DNA from: Wickerhamiella versatilis
Taxonomy: Eukaryota
Reading direction: 5' to 3'
Assembly: GCA_030867685.1 (NCBI GenBank)
Contig: JAQOWU010000001.1
Location: 558,001-622,000, forward strand
DNA: 64,000 bases
In this document: one piece after another, positions 29,772 through 40,901 of the stretch
Layout: each line of letters opens with the position of its first letter
How positions within the stretch are numbered: position 1 is the first letter of the stretch
Notes under the pieces: generated by a model
What the model was told of the DNA's origin: nothing
Databases searched by the model: none
What the model saw: only the letters and a program-made list of their open reading frames with translations
Translations under genes and position numbers: made by a program

Positions 29772-31325
29772 ATGACATCTAGCCCGAAACTGGGTCAGCC
29801 TCGGTATGAATTATTGGTGGAAGAGGCGAATACAAACAAGAGGAAGGAGGCTAGAACAGTCAAAATATTCGTGGCAATCTTGTCGCTGATATGTGCTCTC
29901 GTAGTGGGTATTCTCATATACGCAAACTCCACTGGAGGCGATAGTCGAGAAGCAAGCGCCGCTGCCCGCACAGGCTCGACATTCGAAAGTGGCTTTAATA
30001 TTAAACAGAATTGGGGATCTTACAGCCCTTATTTTGACAGTGGTGTTCCATTTGACGGAGTGTCAAAGTCCGCCCTGGAAGGCGAGTATACTCTACCCAC
30101 TGGGTGCACGTATCGTCAAGTGCACCTTCTGCACCGACATGGCGACCGCTATCCAGCCCCTGGAACCTATGAGCACATGGTTGATGTTGCCAACAAACTG
30201 GCAAGTATGTCACAGCCGGCACGCGGAGATCTCAGTTGGCTTAACGACTGGGAGTACACCTTGGGCATTGATGACCTTGTGTCAACTGGTGTGGCCTCTC
30301 TGTTCAGCTCGGGCGCTAAATTCTGGGGAACCCATGGGCGGTTCTTGTATGGGCACACCAACCAGACTTCATGGAATCCTCGACATAATGTGTATCCTAA
30401 TGGCACCTCCCGTCCCACTCCCTATGTACGAGCTGCAGGCCAGCAGCGGGTTGTGGACTCGGCTGTAGCATGGGCCGCAGGATTCTTTGGGGAATATGGC
30501 CGGCCACCTATAGGTGGTAATATCAATAAACAGTATAATCTCGGTATCATCCCTGAAGAAGAGGGTCAAAATAATACCTTGGCCGGTTATTTCAACTGTC
30601 CAAACTCCGAGACAAAATCCATCGGATCAAAGCTTAAAAAAGAATTTATTGATATTTACCTTGCGGATGCCACGGTTCGACTTCAGAGGGCCCTACCCGG
30701 AATTGCCAACCTTACCACAAAGGATGCCCTCGCAATTCAAGATTTGTGCGTATTTGAAACAGCTGCTTACGGCCAATCTGCATTCTGCAATCTGTTCACA
30801 GAGCTGGAATGGCGCGGGTTCGAGTACCACATTGATCTTAAGTTTTGGGGCGATAGTGCGTGGGGCAATCCGGCGGGTCCCGCGACTGGTCTGGGATGGA
30901 TAGCTGAACTATATGGACGGTTAACCTCCCAGAAACCGAGGGGGTTCGGTGTCAACGAGACGCTGCCGTTCATACCCGACCAGCCGTTGCATGCAGACTT
31001 CACACACGATAGTGTGATAGCCAGTGTCCTAAGCGCATTTCGCTTCCAGTGGACGATCGCAGAACTTCCCTCCACGAAGATCAAGGTGCCTCGCCAGTTC
31101 ATTGTATCTCGGCTCACGCCATTTGCGGCGAAACTTGTTGTGGAGATACTGAGTTGTAAGGATGGCGAGCGTGTAAGGATGAAGCTGAATGATCGGGTTC
31201 TGCCTTTGGGAGACCTTCATTATTGCCCAGTTTCTGACGATGGTATTTGTCCTCTGAAGGATTTCACGCGAAGTCTGAAGCACATTTTGCAGTCATCTGA
31301 CTACGATGCGCTGTGCTACCGATGA
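29772..31325 (+). CDS. Histidine acid phosphatase/phytase with N-terminal membrane anchor
   Basis: RHGDRYP and DFTHD motifs; TM segment IFVAILSLICALVVGILIYA; first ATG at 29772. Confidence 0.92.
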   Translation: MTSSPKLGQPRYELLVEEANTNKRKEARTVKIFVAILSLICALVVGILIYANSTGGDSREASAAARTGSTFESGFNIKQNWGSYSPYFDSGVPFDGVSKSALEGEYTLPTGCTYRQVHLLHRHGDRYPAPGTYEHMVDVANKLASMSQPARGDLSWLNDWEYTLGIDDLVSTGVASLFSSGAKFWGTHGRFLYGHTNQTSWNPRHNVYPNGTSRPTPYVRAAGQQRVVDSAVAWAAGFFGEYGRPPIGGNINKQYNLGIIPEEEGQNNTLAGYFNCPNSETKSIGSKLKKEFIDIYLADATVRLQRALPGIANLTTKDALAIQDLCVFETAAYGQSAFCNLFTELEWRGFEYHIDLKFWGDSAWGNPAGPATGLGWIAELYGRLTSQKPRGFGVNETLPFIPDQPLHADFTHDSVIASVLSAFRFQWTIAELPSTKIKVPRQFIVSRLTPFAAKLVVEILSCKDGERVRMKLNDRVLPLGDLHYCPVSDDGICPLKDFTRSLKHILQSSDYDALCYR

Positions 31326-31391
31326 ATGAGGTATTAAATATATAATGTCTAGTGCTATATATATAGAAATATAAGGTCGAGAGTATGTCGA

Positions 31392-32447
31392 TTATGCAGC
31401 TTGTAACTCGTTGAGAATTTCCGTCTGTTCTTTGGATAAAACACGCCTTGGCGTATGCTTTGGCCGAGGTGGAGCGTCAGGTGTTGCAATATTCGGGTTT
31501 AGTGACTCAAGCGACGTATATTGCGGTGCGAGTAGAGGTTGATCCTCACTTGAAATGGATGCAGTGGTTTTTTGAGCTTCAGCCTCAAGTCGAGAGGAGA
31601 GCAGGAAAACACCCGCAAGTAGAGTGGCGGTGCCGAGTATAGCCCAGAATACCTGCTTTTTCGTGAACATCGCGTCAGCGCCGTAGAACGCGAGACAGTT
31701 CAGCATGGACACCACATTGTACAAACAGAAAACAAGGGGGTATAGAATCGAAGTCGACAAGTAGTGTAAAGCGTTATTCAAAAGGTAAAGCTGAGTTACG
31801 GCAAACACAAGGAACAGGAGTATAACCATCCAAAGCCGGAACATTGCCAACTCCTCCATAACCCGGTGATGTAAAACAGCGGAGGCGGCACCGTCACCCA
31901 ATATTTTAGCAAATAGTAGCGAATGGGCACTAAGTATTCCAGAAACCATGCCGAAAAGCATACCTCGGAGCCGTGACGTGGACGCAAACCTTACTCGTGA
32001 GAGCAGACCTGCTGCTGCTACAAGCGAAATAAACATCCAAGTTCGAAATCCATTGCTATGAAATTGGGAGAAAAGTTCTTTAAATGACCTTTCTGGGTCT
32101 GAAGAGGATCCTAAGCCAGCAATTGCAGCTGCCCCACAGGCAACCAGGGCTGTGCCCCAAGCCGAACGTGGAGTAAAGGACTCTCCCAGAATGACAGAAG
32201 CCCAAACCGTGTTGAATACCAGACCAACAGCCTGAAGGGGACATAGCACCACAAGCGGTAGAACGATTGTTTGAAAGCCGCTGCCGAATAAGTTGGCAAG
32301 AATGAACAGCGTCAGTCCCAGCCGCCACACAGACTGGTTCTGGGGGCTACTTGAGAGATTGCAGTGTGCATGGCGCTGAAGTGTTAGCCCCAAACTTTGA
32401 ATAGAGCTCGAAAACACTGACAGTATACACGCCTCGAAGATATTCAT
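31392..32447 (-). CDS. NIPA-family Mg2+ transporter-like protein
   Basis: QSLGLTLQR, LPLVVLCPLQAVGLVFN, GILSAHSLLFAK, TSILYPLVFCLYN; first ATG at 32447. Confidence 0.8.
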   Translation of the reverse strand: MNIFEACILSVFSSSIQSLGLTLQRHAHCNLSSSPQNQSVWRLGLTLFILANLFGSGFQTIVLPLVVLCPLQAVGLVFNTVWASVILGESFTPRSAWGTALVACGAAAIAGLGSSSDPERSFKELFSQFHSNGFRTWMFISLVAAAGLLSRVRFASTSRLRGMLFGMVSGILSAHSLLFAKILGDGAASAVLHHRVMEELAMFRLWMVILLFLVFAVTQLYLLNNALHYLSTSILYPLVFCLYNVVSMLNCLAFYGADAMFTKKQVFWAILGTATLLAGVFLLSSRLEAEAQKTTASISSEDQPLLAPQYTSLESLNPNIATPDAPPRPKHTPRRVLSKEQTEILNELQAA

Positions 32448-32503
32448 GGCGCGGTTGCCTGTCAATACGTTGAGCACTGAGTAAGCCTATCCGCTTTTGG
32501 TAA

Positions 32504-33313
32504 ATGAATGCCATCAGAACACTTCCTCGGCCTATTCCACCAACAAATGGGGTTTTTGCTCGAGGAAAGGCATTAGTGGGCTTTTATAAGGCTGGAATAG
32601 TAAACGCATGGCGAAACCGTCGTGTTTCTGCTGCCATCCGTAAGAAGTATCAGGTGGCCAATTCCTATGCATTTGCCAGTGCTATTGAGGAATGTGACCA
32701 TCTACGGGCAATTGAAGAAAAGCATACTGGTAATGAGAATAAAAAAGCGGCATTGGCATTGCCTATTCGCGAGGAGTTTTTAACTGTTATGCGCAATGAG
32801 AAGGACTTCTACAAGGTTCCTGGGTTCGCCCTGGTTTTTGCGGTTTGCTTTGAATGCACGCCCTTAGTTCTTATGATGTGGCCATCTCTGGCGCCATCAA
32901 CTTGTTACAGTGTAAAATATCTCGCGAAAATTAACCAACGGTATGATCGCGAGCGCACAGAGCTTGCCCGACAGAATATATCTGACTTCACCACTGTATA
33001 TATGATGCCTCGAAAGGGTCTCGAGGCTTTTTATAAATGTGTTCTTAATGGCTCGGCGATCAGCGCACGTATGGCACCCCTAGCCTACTTACGACAAAAA
33101 GTAGCTCGCCACGTCGCAATGGTGCGTGCAGACGATTGTCTTCTTAGGCGGGGCCAAGTCTCAGACCTTATTCCTGAAGAGCTTAGCCGAGCATGTATTG
33201 CTCGTGGTCTTCCCTCCAACGGGTCGTCTGAGTTACTGGAACGATGGCTTGTAGAATTCGTCGAACCAAGAGATGCTGGTTTTTGGACCCATGCGGCTCA
33301 TTGGGAACCTTAG
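32504..33313 (+). CDS. LETM1-domain mitochondrial protein (Pnt1-like)
   Basis: FYKAGI, KVPGFALVFAVCFECTP, PSTC, DDCLL...EELSRACIARGL. Confidence 0.7.
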   Translation: MNAIRTLPRPIPPTNGVFARGKALVGFYKAGIVNAWRNRRVSAAIRKKYQVANSYAFASAIEECDHLRAIEEKHTGNENKKAALALPIREEFLTVMRNEKDFYKVPGFALVFAVCFECTPLVLMMWPSLAPSTCYSVKYLAKINQRYDRERTELARQNISDFTTVYMMPRKGLEAFYKCVLNGSAISARMAPLAYLRQKVARHVAMVRADDCLLRRGQVSDLIPEELSRACIARGLPSNGSSELLERWLVEFVEPRDAGFWTHAAHWEP

Positions 33314-33409
33314 TACAATACAATACAATGCAGAACATAATAATACCTACCTTAATATAGCATAGCATAATATAGCAAATTTAGGAGCACTTTAGCTTTT
33401 TTTTTCTAC

Positions 33410-35152
33410 CTACTCTTCCTTCTTTTCAACATTTCCAGTCACCTCGTAGTGGTCCTTCTGCAAGTGGACGTAGTTTACAGGAACCAGGCTTGGCCAATTT
33501 ACGAATTGCAGACCATGCTGCACCATCCACGTAAAAGAACGCGCTGCAGCTACCAAAAAGAATAAGGATACGAAGAAATTAAAAACCTTACCGTGATTTG
33601 GAGATGGCCACAATATCGAAAGGAATCCAACAAGAGCTGATCCACAAAATATATAAGGCACAGACTGCGTAGCGAGAGGTCTTCGGTCAATGAAAGGGCT
33701 CATCACATCCCCTAGCGGATCGTGCTCTCCCAAGAACAAGCTGAATCCATCCTGGCGAGGACCATCCCTGAAATTGTTCAAGACGTATCGCACAGCTGAA
33801 TTCCAGCCATCCTGCAAAGCACCAGCCCGAGTACGAGTACCTGTTCGAGTGAAATCTGTTTTGAGAGCCCCGGTCCCAGAGTATGCCACGGATACGCTGT
33901 CGGCATTGTCGGCCCAGATATTACGGAATAAGCGCATGAAATCTTTGTTGGACGCAACTTCCGAGCCCCGACCAGGCAGAAAAACGCTGGCATCTTCCAG
34001 TTGCCTTTCAAGGCACGCTAGGGCAACACATGATTGTACAACATTCGTGCGGTCAAGACAGTCCATGCAATTAGTGCGCACGGTACCATCTTGCACCTTA
34101 ACAACAGTCTTTCGGTCAGTTTCAAACCAACCGACTTTGTCAAGACCACGGCGGCGTAGTTCGTCAAGGAGAATAGAGACCCTATCCCAGCGCATTTTTG
34201 AGCATTCGCGATGGAAATCGAAATAGATATATTGCAGATTCGGATCCTCAAGAGCCGTGACTACTTGCTCGTAGACCTCCTTCACAGGGCGCTCGTAACC
34301 CGACTGATTCACAAGATTCACAAGGAACTGTGGTGCTCCGTATATAGCCTCCTGCTCTTGAAAATGTTTTCTTGCAGCATCAATACTCTGGGCATACCCA
34401 CTTACTCTGAGCGAAGGAGTATATTTCAGCTGGTTGACCTGTCCCCAGACTGCGGGTACAGATCCCCTAGTCTGTACAAAAGAGTAGCGCTTGCCCTTAA
34501 CAACTAGAATTTGCTCGGTCTCATTGAAGTTAGCGACATGACCACTCTCGTCAATGCCACGACGGAAGAAACGAGTGCCAGCCCTATAACGTGAACGCCT
34601 AGAGATAATCCCAAACTCCACTGGAACACCATTAAGGGACGTCTTCGCCACGCTATAAAGACCGAATATTAGTGGCAGTACAAATCTGTGCGCATCGGGT
34701 CCTAGGGAAAGAATATCCAGAGAGACATACTTGTTCCAGAAAAAGCGATCGTCAGCTACATCAGCAACATAACGGAATGGTTTGGCACGCTGTAAAGAGT
34801 TTGTAAGGTCCCAGGTATCGCTGAAGTACAGAGGTGCCTTCCGGAGATGGGCACGCAGCAAACCCAGATATTCCATATCCACAGAGTCAAACACGATTTG
34901 ATACGGAATTATCTCCGTACGTGTGACCTTGTTCACGCTGTGACCATCCAAATCACCAATTGTTTCTGTTTGGATTGCAAGTATAAGATATTTAGTGGCC
35001 TGGAGCTGGATGGTGCCAATACAACCAGCAATGTCGCGACCTGTGGGAGGTACCTCTTTCACGACGCTCATTATACCCTGCTGGCGATCTATACGCAGGC
35101 CCTGGCCACCCTCCTCCAAAATAAAGTACCCGTCAGTTTCAATAAAGCGCAT
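33410..35152 (-). CDS. SAC1: Phosphoinositide phosphatase
   Basis: SRRSRYRAGTRFFRRG, RTNCMDCLDRTNVVQ (CX5R), ALKTDFTRTG, two C-terminal TM segments. Confidence 0.96.
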   Translation of the reverse strand: MRFIETDGYFILEEGGQGLRIDRQQGIMSVVKEVPPTGRDIAGCIGTIQLQATKYLILAIQTETIGDLDGHSVNKVTRTEIIPYQIVFDSVDMEYLGLLRAHLRKAPLYFSDTWDLTNSLQRAKPFRYVADVADDRFFWNKYVSLDILSLGPDAHRFVLPLIFGLYSVAKTSLNGVPVEFGIISRRSRYRAGTRFFRRGIDESGHVANFNETEQILVVKGKRYSFVQTRGSVPAVWGQVNQLKYTPSLRVSGYAQSIDAARKHFQEQEAIYGAPQFLVNLVNQSGYERPVKEVYEQVVTALEDPNLQYIYFDFHRECSKMRWDRVSILLDELRRRGLDKVGWFETDRKTVVKVQDGTVRTNCMDCLDRTNVVQSCVALACLERQLEDASVFLPGRGSEVASNKDFMRLFRNIWADNADSVSVAYSGTGALKTDFTRTGTRTRAGALQDGWNSAVRYVLNNFRDGPRQDGFSLFLGEHDPLGDVMSPFIDRRPLATQSVPYIFCGSALVGFLSILWPSPNHGKVFNFFVSLFFLVAAARSFTWMVQHGLQFVNWPSLVPVNYVHLQKDHYEVTGNVEKKEE

Positions 35153-35190
35153 CAGCTTTGCTGACTTATTCGATACCGGCTGGCCCTCTT

Positions 35191-35445
35191 ATGAAACACA
35201 AACTAAAAATCGACATCCCGCTATTGACTGAGAATCAGGCGAGAGTAGTCTATACATCACTGAGCCCCGATCCAGAATTGCGTCCCCACGAGTTTTCAAA
35301 GAACCTGCGAACAGAGGGTAAGAACGTTATTGCTGAATTTGGCGGCACTACAGAGCGGACTCTGCGGGTCGGAGTAAATAGTTTTATGGATTCACTACTG
35401 CTCGCATTGGAATGCATTGACGAGCTTTCTCCTGTTGAAGATTAG
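35191..35445 (+). CDS. PCC1: KEOPS/EKC subunit
   Basis: LSPDPELRP ... RTLRVGVNSFMDSL; ATG at 35191. Confidence 0.85.
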   Translation: MKHKLKIDIPLLTENQARVVYTSLSPDPELRPHEFSKNLRTEGKNVIAEFGGTTERTLRVGVNSFMDSLLLALECIDELSPVED

Positions 35446-35481
35446 TATGTCTATATCCTTAACAATTTTGTTTTAACTACA

Positions 35482-36837
35482 TCACGCGGTTACATTGAGC
35501 ATTAGGACGATTCTTTCCTCATCAGGCTCAGCCTCGATGATGGGAGGAGGACCTACTGGTCGCACCATACCTGTGGATCCGGCACGAATGGCTATGGCAC
35601 TCACTTGATTCAAACCTGGTGAAAGGTGGAGTTCAAAATCTTCGTGCAGACCCTGACGAGTCTGCACTGGTTGTAGCTTATGGCCATTCAGGATTACTGA
35701 CAAGCTATAAGGAACAAATCGTAACTCATCGTTGAGAAAGACAGATAATGATAATATCTGTTGAAAACTAGGCAGGGTGGCCGCAAAAGTTGTGAAAGCG
35801 TCGCGAGGAGCAGGTATCCGAATCTGCGTCATGTCTGACTTCGTGGGTGGAGTCGCACAAGTGATCAGCTGGATCATGGCGTTCTGAAGCGTTTGGCCTT
35901 CAGGCCGCTTCACGAATTCATCGAATACGTGTGCAGGTTGCTGCGGCATGGTTTGTTGGTATGAAATCCGTTGATCCTCAAGTTCGGGATCAGGTGGAAG
36001 ATCATCTACCTCCTCCTCTTCATCTGCAGAATCTGCTTTAAAATCCTCGTCATCCTCATCCTCATATCTTTGTTCAATTACCATCTCATCCTCATCCTCT
36101 GAATCACTTTCGTCCTCGGACCCTGGCGAAGGATTCGCAACCCAGACCTTCACCTTGGGGGCACTATGCCGCGCTATTTTGTTGTTTAGCTGCTTCTCAA
36201 GTGAATGAGCGTCATTATAGATCAGGGAGCCTTCCTGATTGTATGTCATAGCATTCTTGAAAATTAGGTCCACTATTTCCCGGAATTCATCCCAATCAGG
36301 ACAAGGACGTTGCTTCAATTGCTCTTGTACTTTGTGAAAACTTGTGGGATGCTTTACGACGTCACGGTACGTGGGATACTCTTTAGGGTCAGGCTCATCC
36401 ATGAAGGCATCACTGAAACGACGGCCTTTGTATTTATAACCAATAAGCTCTCGTATTATTTGCTCCTGCTCCCTATGACGCGTGATCTCACTAAATCCCC
36501 GGCCTAGTTGTTGCAGTATGTAGTCGAGAATCTCCACCGCGTCATCAACTACAGCAGTATCATCACCATTGTACTGACGGGCATTGTCAAGCATCAGCTC
36601 AAAATCTGCAACAAAGTCATCATCGTTAGTATATGCACCGACTCGAGCTCGATGACCTATCTCTGCGAGCGAGATGGGAACTTCGATGATATCCCTATAG
36701 TCGGGATACATATCCGCCGGTGGGATTTCTGTAAACAAGTCCACAATGTTACGTCCTTCAACTCGATGCTCGAATAAGCCATCCAACACATTGTTGTACC
36801 TGTCTCCGCTGCGTCGTGAACCACGACGTTTCAACAT
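35482..36837 (-). CDS. RSC4: Tandem-bromodomain RSC subunit
   Basis: Two bromodomains (YPDYRDIIEVPISL..NARQYN; YPTYRDVVKHP..NAMTYNQEGS), acidic linker, LSPGLN C-terminal domain. Confidence 0.75.
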   Translation of the reverse strand: MLKRRGSRRSGDRYNNVLDGLFEHRVEGRNIVDLFTEIPPADMYPDYRDIIEVPISLAEIGHRARVGAYTNDDDFVADFELMLDNARQYNGDDTAVVDDAVEILDYILQQLGRGFSEITRHREQEQIIRELIGYKYKGRRFSDAFMDEPDPKEYPTYRDVVKHPTSFHKVQEQLKQRPCPDWDEFREIVDLIFKNAMTYNQEGSLIYNDAHSLEKQLNNKIARHSAPKVKVWVANPSPGSEDESDSEDEDEMVIEQRYEDEDDEDFKADSADEEEEVDDLPPDPELEDQRISYQQTMPQQPAHVFDEFVKRPEGQTLQNAMIQLITCATPPTKSDMTQIRIPAPRDAFTTFAATLPSFQQILSLSVFLNDELRFVPYSLSVILNGHKLQPVQTRQGLHEDFELHLSPGLNQVSAIAIRAGSTGMVRPVGPPPIIEAEPDEERIVLMLNVTA

Positions 36838-36945
36838 CCCAGGACAATAACCTGCTAACCTAAGCTAGGCGTACCTACCTTCAACTTGAACATAACCACC
36901 TTGTCGTACTTGGCGATGGCTAAATACAATGATTTATATACGAAA

Positions 36946-38967
36946 CTAAGATAACAGTGGTATAATAGCGTGGGAAAGCTCCACAAAGCGCTGCTCACCG
37001 GGTTGGGCAATAAATCCCTTGAGTGACTTCAGGCCAGAGATCTCAGAAGACATGCGGTGAGCTCGCACTCCAACTGCAAGTGCTAGTCTATATTTTGCTT
37101 CTGGATCAGAAACCAGTCGAGAAAGCCACTGCATAGTTTGAACCAATGAGCCTCCAAAGTTTTTGACCGTTAGGTTCAGAAGCAGGGAGGCAGCAGCTAT
37201 TTGAAAAGCAGGTGTTACCTTAGAAAAGGCTTCGATCATTTTCAGCGCCTGCGACAATGCGCTTACCTGCTTTACTGCGTCATCTGATCTAGCCGTAAGA
37301 TTCGTCAGGCCTCGCACCGCCAGCAGTGCATGCTTAGGAACCTCAGGTTCGAGACAAGAGAGAAGCTGGGGGAGAATGCTTGGCAGGGGAATAGTGGCAG
37401 CATCAGCAATTGACACCCGCAAAGCATCCAGAGCTGCTAGCTTGTGATCCGGCGACCAATCCTGTACCGCCTGTAGCGCGATGCGCATAAGCTCTGACGC
37501 ACTTGCCGGTAAAGCGCTCAGAAGACCGTCAATAGATTCAGGCTTTCCTTCTGCTGCAGCCGCTTTGGCAAATGCTTGAGCCATTGCGGGCTGGAAACTT
37601 TTTAGGTAGACGGGGTCGTTGTATCTCAAGGCCCCTTCTGCTGGTTTGACATTCTTGCTACTAGGAGCCTGTCTTTTGTCGTCGAACTTGGTGGCCTCGG
37701 TATTTTTGATTAGAAACTGTACCACTTGTTCTACATAGCTCTGTGGCAGCTGGTTCGTGGCCACAAAGTTTTCTGCAACAATATAGACATTGTCAGAATT
37801 GTTGAAGGGAAGCTTAAGAGGTGGCGCACCTTCCTCTATATCCACATCAAATACATAGTCATATTCACGGCCTTGGTAGCTGGCCTTTGCGCCATCACTT
37901 GTCCCATGACCCACGACGTCTCCGATTTTTATCCATCTTCCAACGGAATACTGATACGCAGTTGTAGCACCACTCTCCTTTACCACAGCCACTTGGCCCT
38001 CTTTGCCAGCCTTCTTGAGGACTGAAATATCGCTGAGAGACTCTTCAGAGATCTCCTGATCCTTGCCAATCGCGGATGCGGCCAATGACTCTTCAAACTC
38101 CCGTTGTTCAGCCTCCGGCAACCATTTTTTCTCGTTATACGAGAAAATGCGGGCCTTATTGTCGGAGCTGCCAATAACAACGTCCCCATCCTCAGTGACG
38201 TCAACACACCACTGTGAAACACTTGGCAGCGTAATGACTTGTTGCGGAGCTCCCCGCCAGATTCTAACCGTGCGATCCTCACCACCAGATACCAGAAAAC
38301 CTCCTGCAGATGCTACACTATAGACGAAACTGGTGTGTCCTGTAAGGTTGGACAGAGGGAGTGCCCCCTGAAGATTCCAAAGCTTCACTGTCGAATCATT
38401 AGAACATGATGCAAATCCCTCCGGAATTGCACAGAGCCCTCTGACGGCATCAGAATGACCACTGAATTCCTTAAGGAGCTTTCCTGTGGTGGCGTCCCAC
38501 AGCTTGATCATCTTATCCGCACCCGCCGTCAAAACTCTGGTTGGGCTTAAAGCAAGCACACCCCACACCGCCTGGGTATGTCCTCGAAGAACAATACTTT
38601 CTGTAGGACTGTGCCAGACCCGCGCTGTGGTGTCCCAGGACCCACTGACCAACAAGCCATGGGAGTAATTCAGACTGCAGACATTGGACTCGTGGCCCAG
38701 ATAATACTCTTGCTGGCTTGGATTGGTGACATCAACGGAGCAGATTAGAGCATCCTGGCTGCCTATAAATACCCGGCCTGTGGAGAAATCGACTGCCAAA
38801 GAGTTCAGGAACCCAGCGCTTTCGTAAATGATATATGGAGCACCACCCTCAGGCCAATAGCGAGCTGTACCATCGCGGGATGCTGTCACAACACCTCCAG
38901 GAGCAAAGCGAACTGCTTTGACGTCACCCTCGTGGCCCACCAACGTGCTAGCCAGTTTCAGAGGCAT
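36946..38967 (-). CDS. DOA1: WD40-PFU-PUL ubiquitin homeostasis protein
   Basis: GH...WD repeats; EYDYVFDVDIEEGAPPLKLPFN PFU motif. Confidence 0.95.
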   Translation of the reverse strand: MPLKLASTLVGHEGDVKAVRFAPGGVVTASRDGTARYWPEGGAPYIIYESAGFLNSLAVDFSTGRVFIGSQDALICSVDVTNPSQQEYYLGHESNVCSLNYSHGLLVSGSWDTTARVWHSPTESIVLRGHTQAVWGVLALSPTRVLTAGADKMIKLWDATTGKLLKEFSGHSDAVRGLCAIPEGFASCSNDSTVKLWNLQGALPLSNLTGHTSFVYSVASAGGFLVSGGEDRTVRIWRGAPQQVITLPSVSQWCVDVTEDGDVVIGSSDNKARIFSYNEKKWLPEAEQREFEESLAASAIGKDQEISEESLSDISVLKKAGKEGQVAVVKESGATTAYQYSVGRWIKIGDVVGHGTSDGAKASYQGREYDYVFDVDIEEGAPPLKLPFNNSDNVYIVAENFVATNQLPQSYVEQVVQFLIKNTEATKFDDKRQAPSSKNVKPAEGALRYNDPVYLKSFQPAMAQAFAKAAAAEGKPESIDGLLSALPASASELMRIALQAVQDWSPDHKLAALDALRVSIADAATIPLPSILPQLLSCLEPEVPKHALLAVRGLTNLTARSDDAVKQVSALSQALKMIEAFSKVTPAFQIAAASLLLNLTVKNFGGSLVQTMQWLSRLVSDPEAKYRLALAVGVRAHRMSSEISGLKSLKGFIAQPGEQRFVELSHAIIPLLS

Positions 38968-39317
38968 GTCAGTAAGTGCTTACGCGGGAGGTATCTAATT
39001 AATGATCCCGGGTTACTTTAGCTCATTAAGACGACATATAGTACCTAGTAAAAAGATTATCAAGAGAATAACAATCTGGAATAAGATTTTAAAAAATAGA
39101 CCTATATTATATAGTGAATATCAAAAGGCATTCGAGGCAGTGGCAAAAATCCCCGTACCACGGCAAGGTAACACAATCCTGGTTTTTTTTTACAAAAAGA
39201 GCGCTCTTTGAAGAGAAAAGAAAACAGAAGAATCATTATTATACATTCATACCCTCAATTACTTCCAATCTAGTGAAAACTTCACATTTTTCGAGAGTCA
39301 AAGAGCTAACATAACGT

Positions 39318-40094
39318 TCACTCGATCATAACATCTGTCTCCGCAGGCTGTGCTGTACTATTTTCATTTTGGGGCGCACTCTCGGCAGCGGGCGCTTCTG
39401 CTGCTGGCGCTGGCGCTGCTACTGGCGCTGGTGCCTCTGCAGGTGCAGGTGCAGGTGCAGATGCAGTCTCAGGAGCTGGTTCTGTCGAGGCAGGTGCCGG
39501 CTCGGGCTCGTCGACGCCCATGTAGGCATCAAGTTCCGCGTCAAGATCAGCTGAGCTCTTGTCACCACGGTGTGGGGGCTTTGACGCACCACCACGTCCT
39601 CGGCGTGATGATCGCCCCGACCGACGGCTTTCACCAACCAACCGGTCCTTCAGAGGTGCTCGAACACCAGTATCACCAGCATGCTCGACCTGCTTAAGTG
39701 TAATAACGCGGCCTACCGCTCTGCGCTGATTGTATCGCTGAACAGCCACCTTTGCATCAGCGGCATAGTCATAAACGACCCACGCCAAGCCCGTGCGGTC
39801 CCCATCATCACCGCGGTCTATAACAACCCGAACAACAGGACCTGCCTCGCGAAAAAGGTTGCGGATATCTTCTTCCGAAATGTCTGGATGTAAGTTTCTA
39901 ATGAATACAGCCTTCAACGCTCCTGACGATCCACCGCCGCCTGGAGCAGCGCCGCCGCGACGCTTGCCTCGTCCGCCGCGACCACGTCGGCCACTTTTGC
40001 TCACACCACCAGTACTTTCAGCACTAGGTCCCGGAGCAGTCCCATTTGATGCTCCAACGCGACCGGCTATAATGTCGTCGAGTGACTTATCCAT
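39318..40094 (-). CDS. RRM mRNA export adaptor (Aly/REF-like)
   Basis: MDKSLDDII N-box, RGG, RRM, SADLDAELDAYM C-box, Ala/Pro/Glu tail. Confidence 0.8.
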   Translation of the reverse strand: MDKSLDDIIAGRVGASNGTAPGPSAESTGGVSKSGRRGRGGRGKRRGGAAPGGGGSSGALKAVFIRNLHPDISEEDIRNLFREAGPVVRVVIDRGDDGDRTGLAWVVYDYAADAKVAVQRYNQRRAVGRVITLKQVEHAGDTGVRAPLKDRLVGESRRSGRSSRRGRGGASKPPHRGDKSSADLDAELDAYMGVDEPEPAPASTEPAPETASAPAPAPAEAPAPVAAPAPAAEAPAAESAPQNENSTAQPAETDVMIE

Positions 40095-40346
40095 ACCGTG
40101 GAGAGATCGTAGAACAGATTAGTAATCCAACTCTGAGATAGCTACTGGCAACCGTCGTTGTCCCACTAAACCACCAGCATCTGGCGATGCAATGATCATC
40201 AGGATTTTCCCACGGGATACATGGATAATAATATATTTTTTTGTTTCTCCCTTGACATAATGGGGCAGTTTTATAACAGGTATCGAATTGGAAATGGAAT
40301 TGAATGCTAAAATACTATTTACCACAGATGGGCTGGAAGGATTGAT

Positions 40347-40901
40347 TCATGATGCTTTCCTGGAGCTTGTGAATCGCTTATCTACGGCGGCCATAAGATC
40401 CTTTCGAAAACCAAGGAAGCTTATAACCTCCAGAAACGCAAAATACGGCGCAAGCACCAAGGCCTGTTGGAGATTAGAGAAGAGCGCAGGTGCACGTTTT
40501 TCAAATATGCCATGTCCTGTAAATTGGGCTATCCAGCCAATGCCCCAGACTGCCCAAGAAATGAGGTGGGCTGATTGAGGAGCCACTGCATTCAGCTGGC
40601 TAAATTTGATTGTTAGAGCAAACACTATGGTGCCCACCATGAACCCACACGAAGTGTCGAGGACAGTATAGTAGATCCAATAATAGAAGCCCACTATAAT
40701 GGAAAAATTCATAAACGGTTCTGCCTCTGGATTTACCCCAATCTCCTTCGATATGGATCCAGGCAGTGCCAGTCTCGTGAGGTTGAATAGGGACGTCACC
40801 AATATCAAAGGTATGCAGACAACGTGGATCATAACATTTACAGGCTGACGGTGGTACCGTCTGTAAAAGACCAGCTCATCTACTAAACCACGAGAAAACA
40901 T
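40347..40901 (-). CDS. MPO1: 2-hydroxy fatty acid dioxygenase Mpo1 (DUF962)
   Basis: FYRRYHRQPVNVMIHVVCIP, WIAQFTGHGIFEKRAPAL; ATG at 40901. Confidence 0.9.
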   Translation of the reverse strand: MFSRGLVDELVFYRRYHRQPVNVMIHVVCIPLILVTSLFNLTRLALPGSISKEIGVNPEAEPFMNFSIIVGFYYWIYYTVLDTSCGFMVGTIVFALTIKFSQLNAVAPQSAHLISWAVWGIGWIAQFTGHGIFEKRAPALFSNLQQALVLAPYFAFLEVISFLGFRKDLMAAVDKRFTSSRKAS

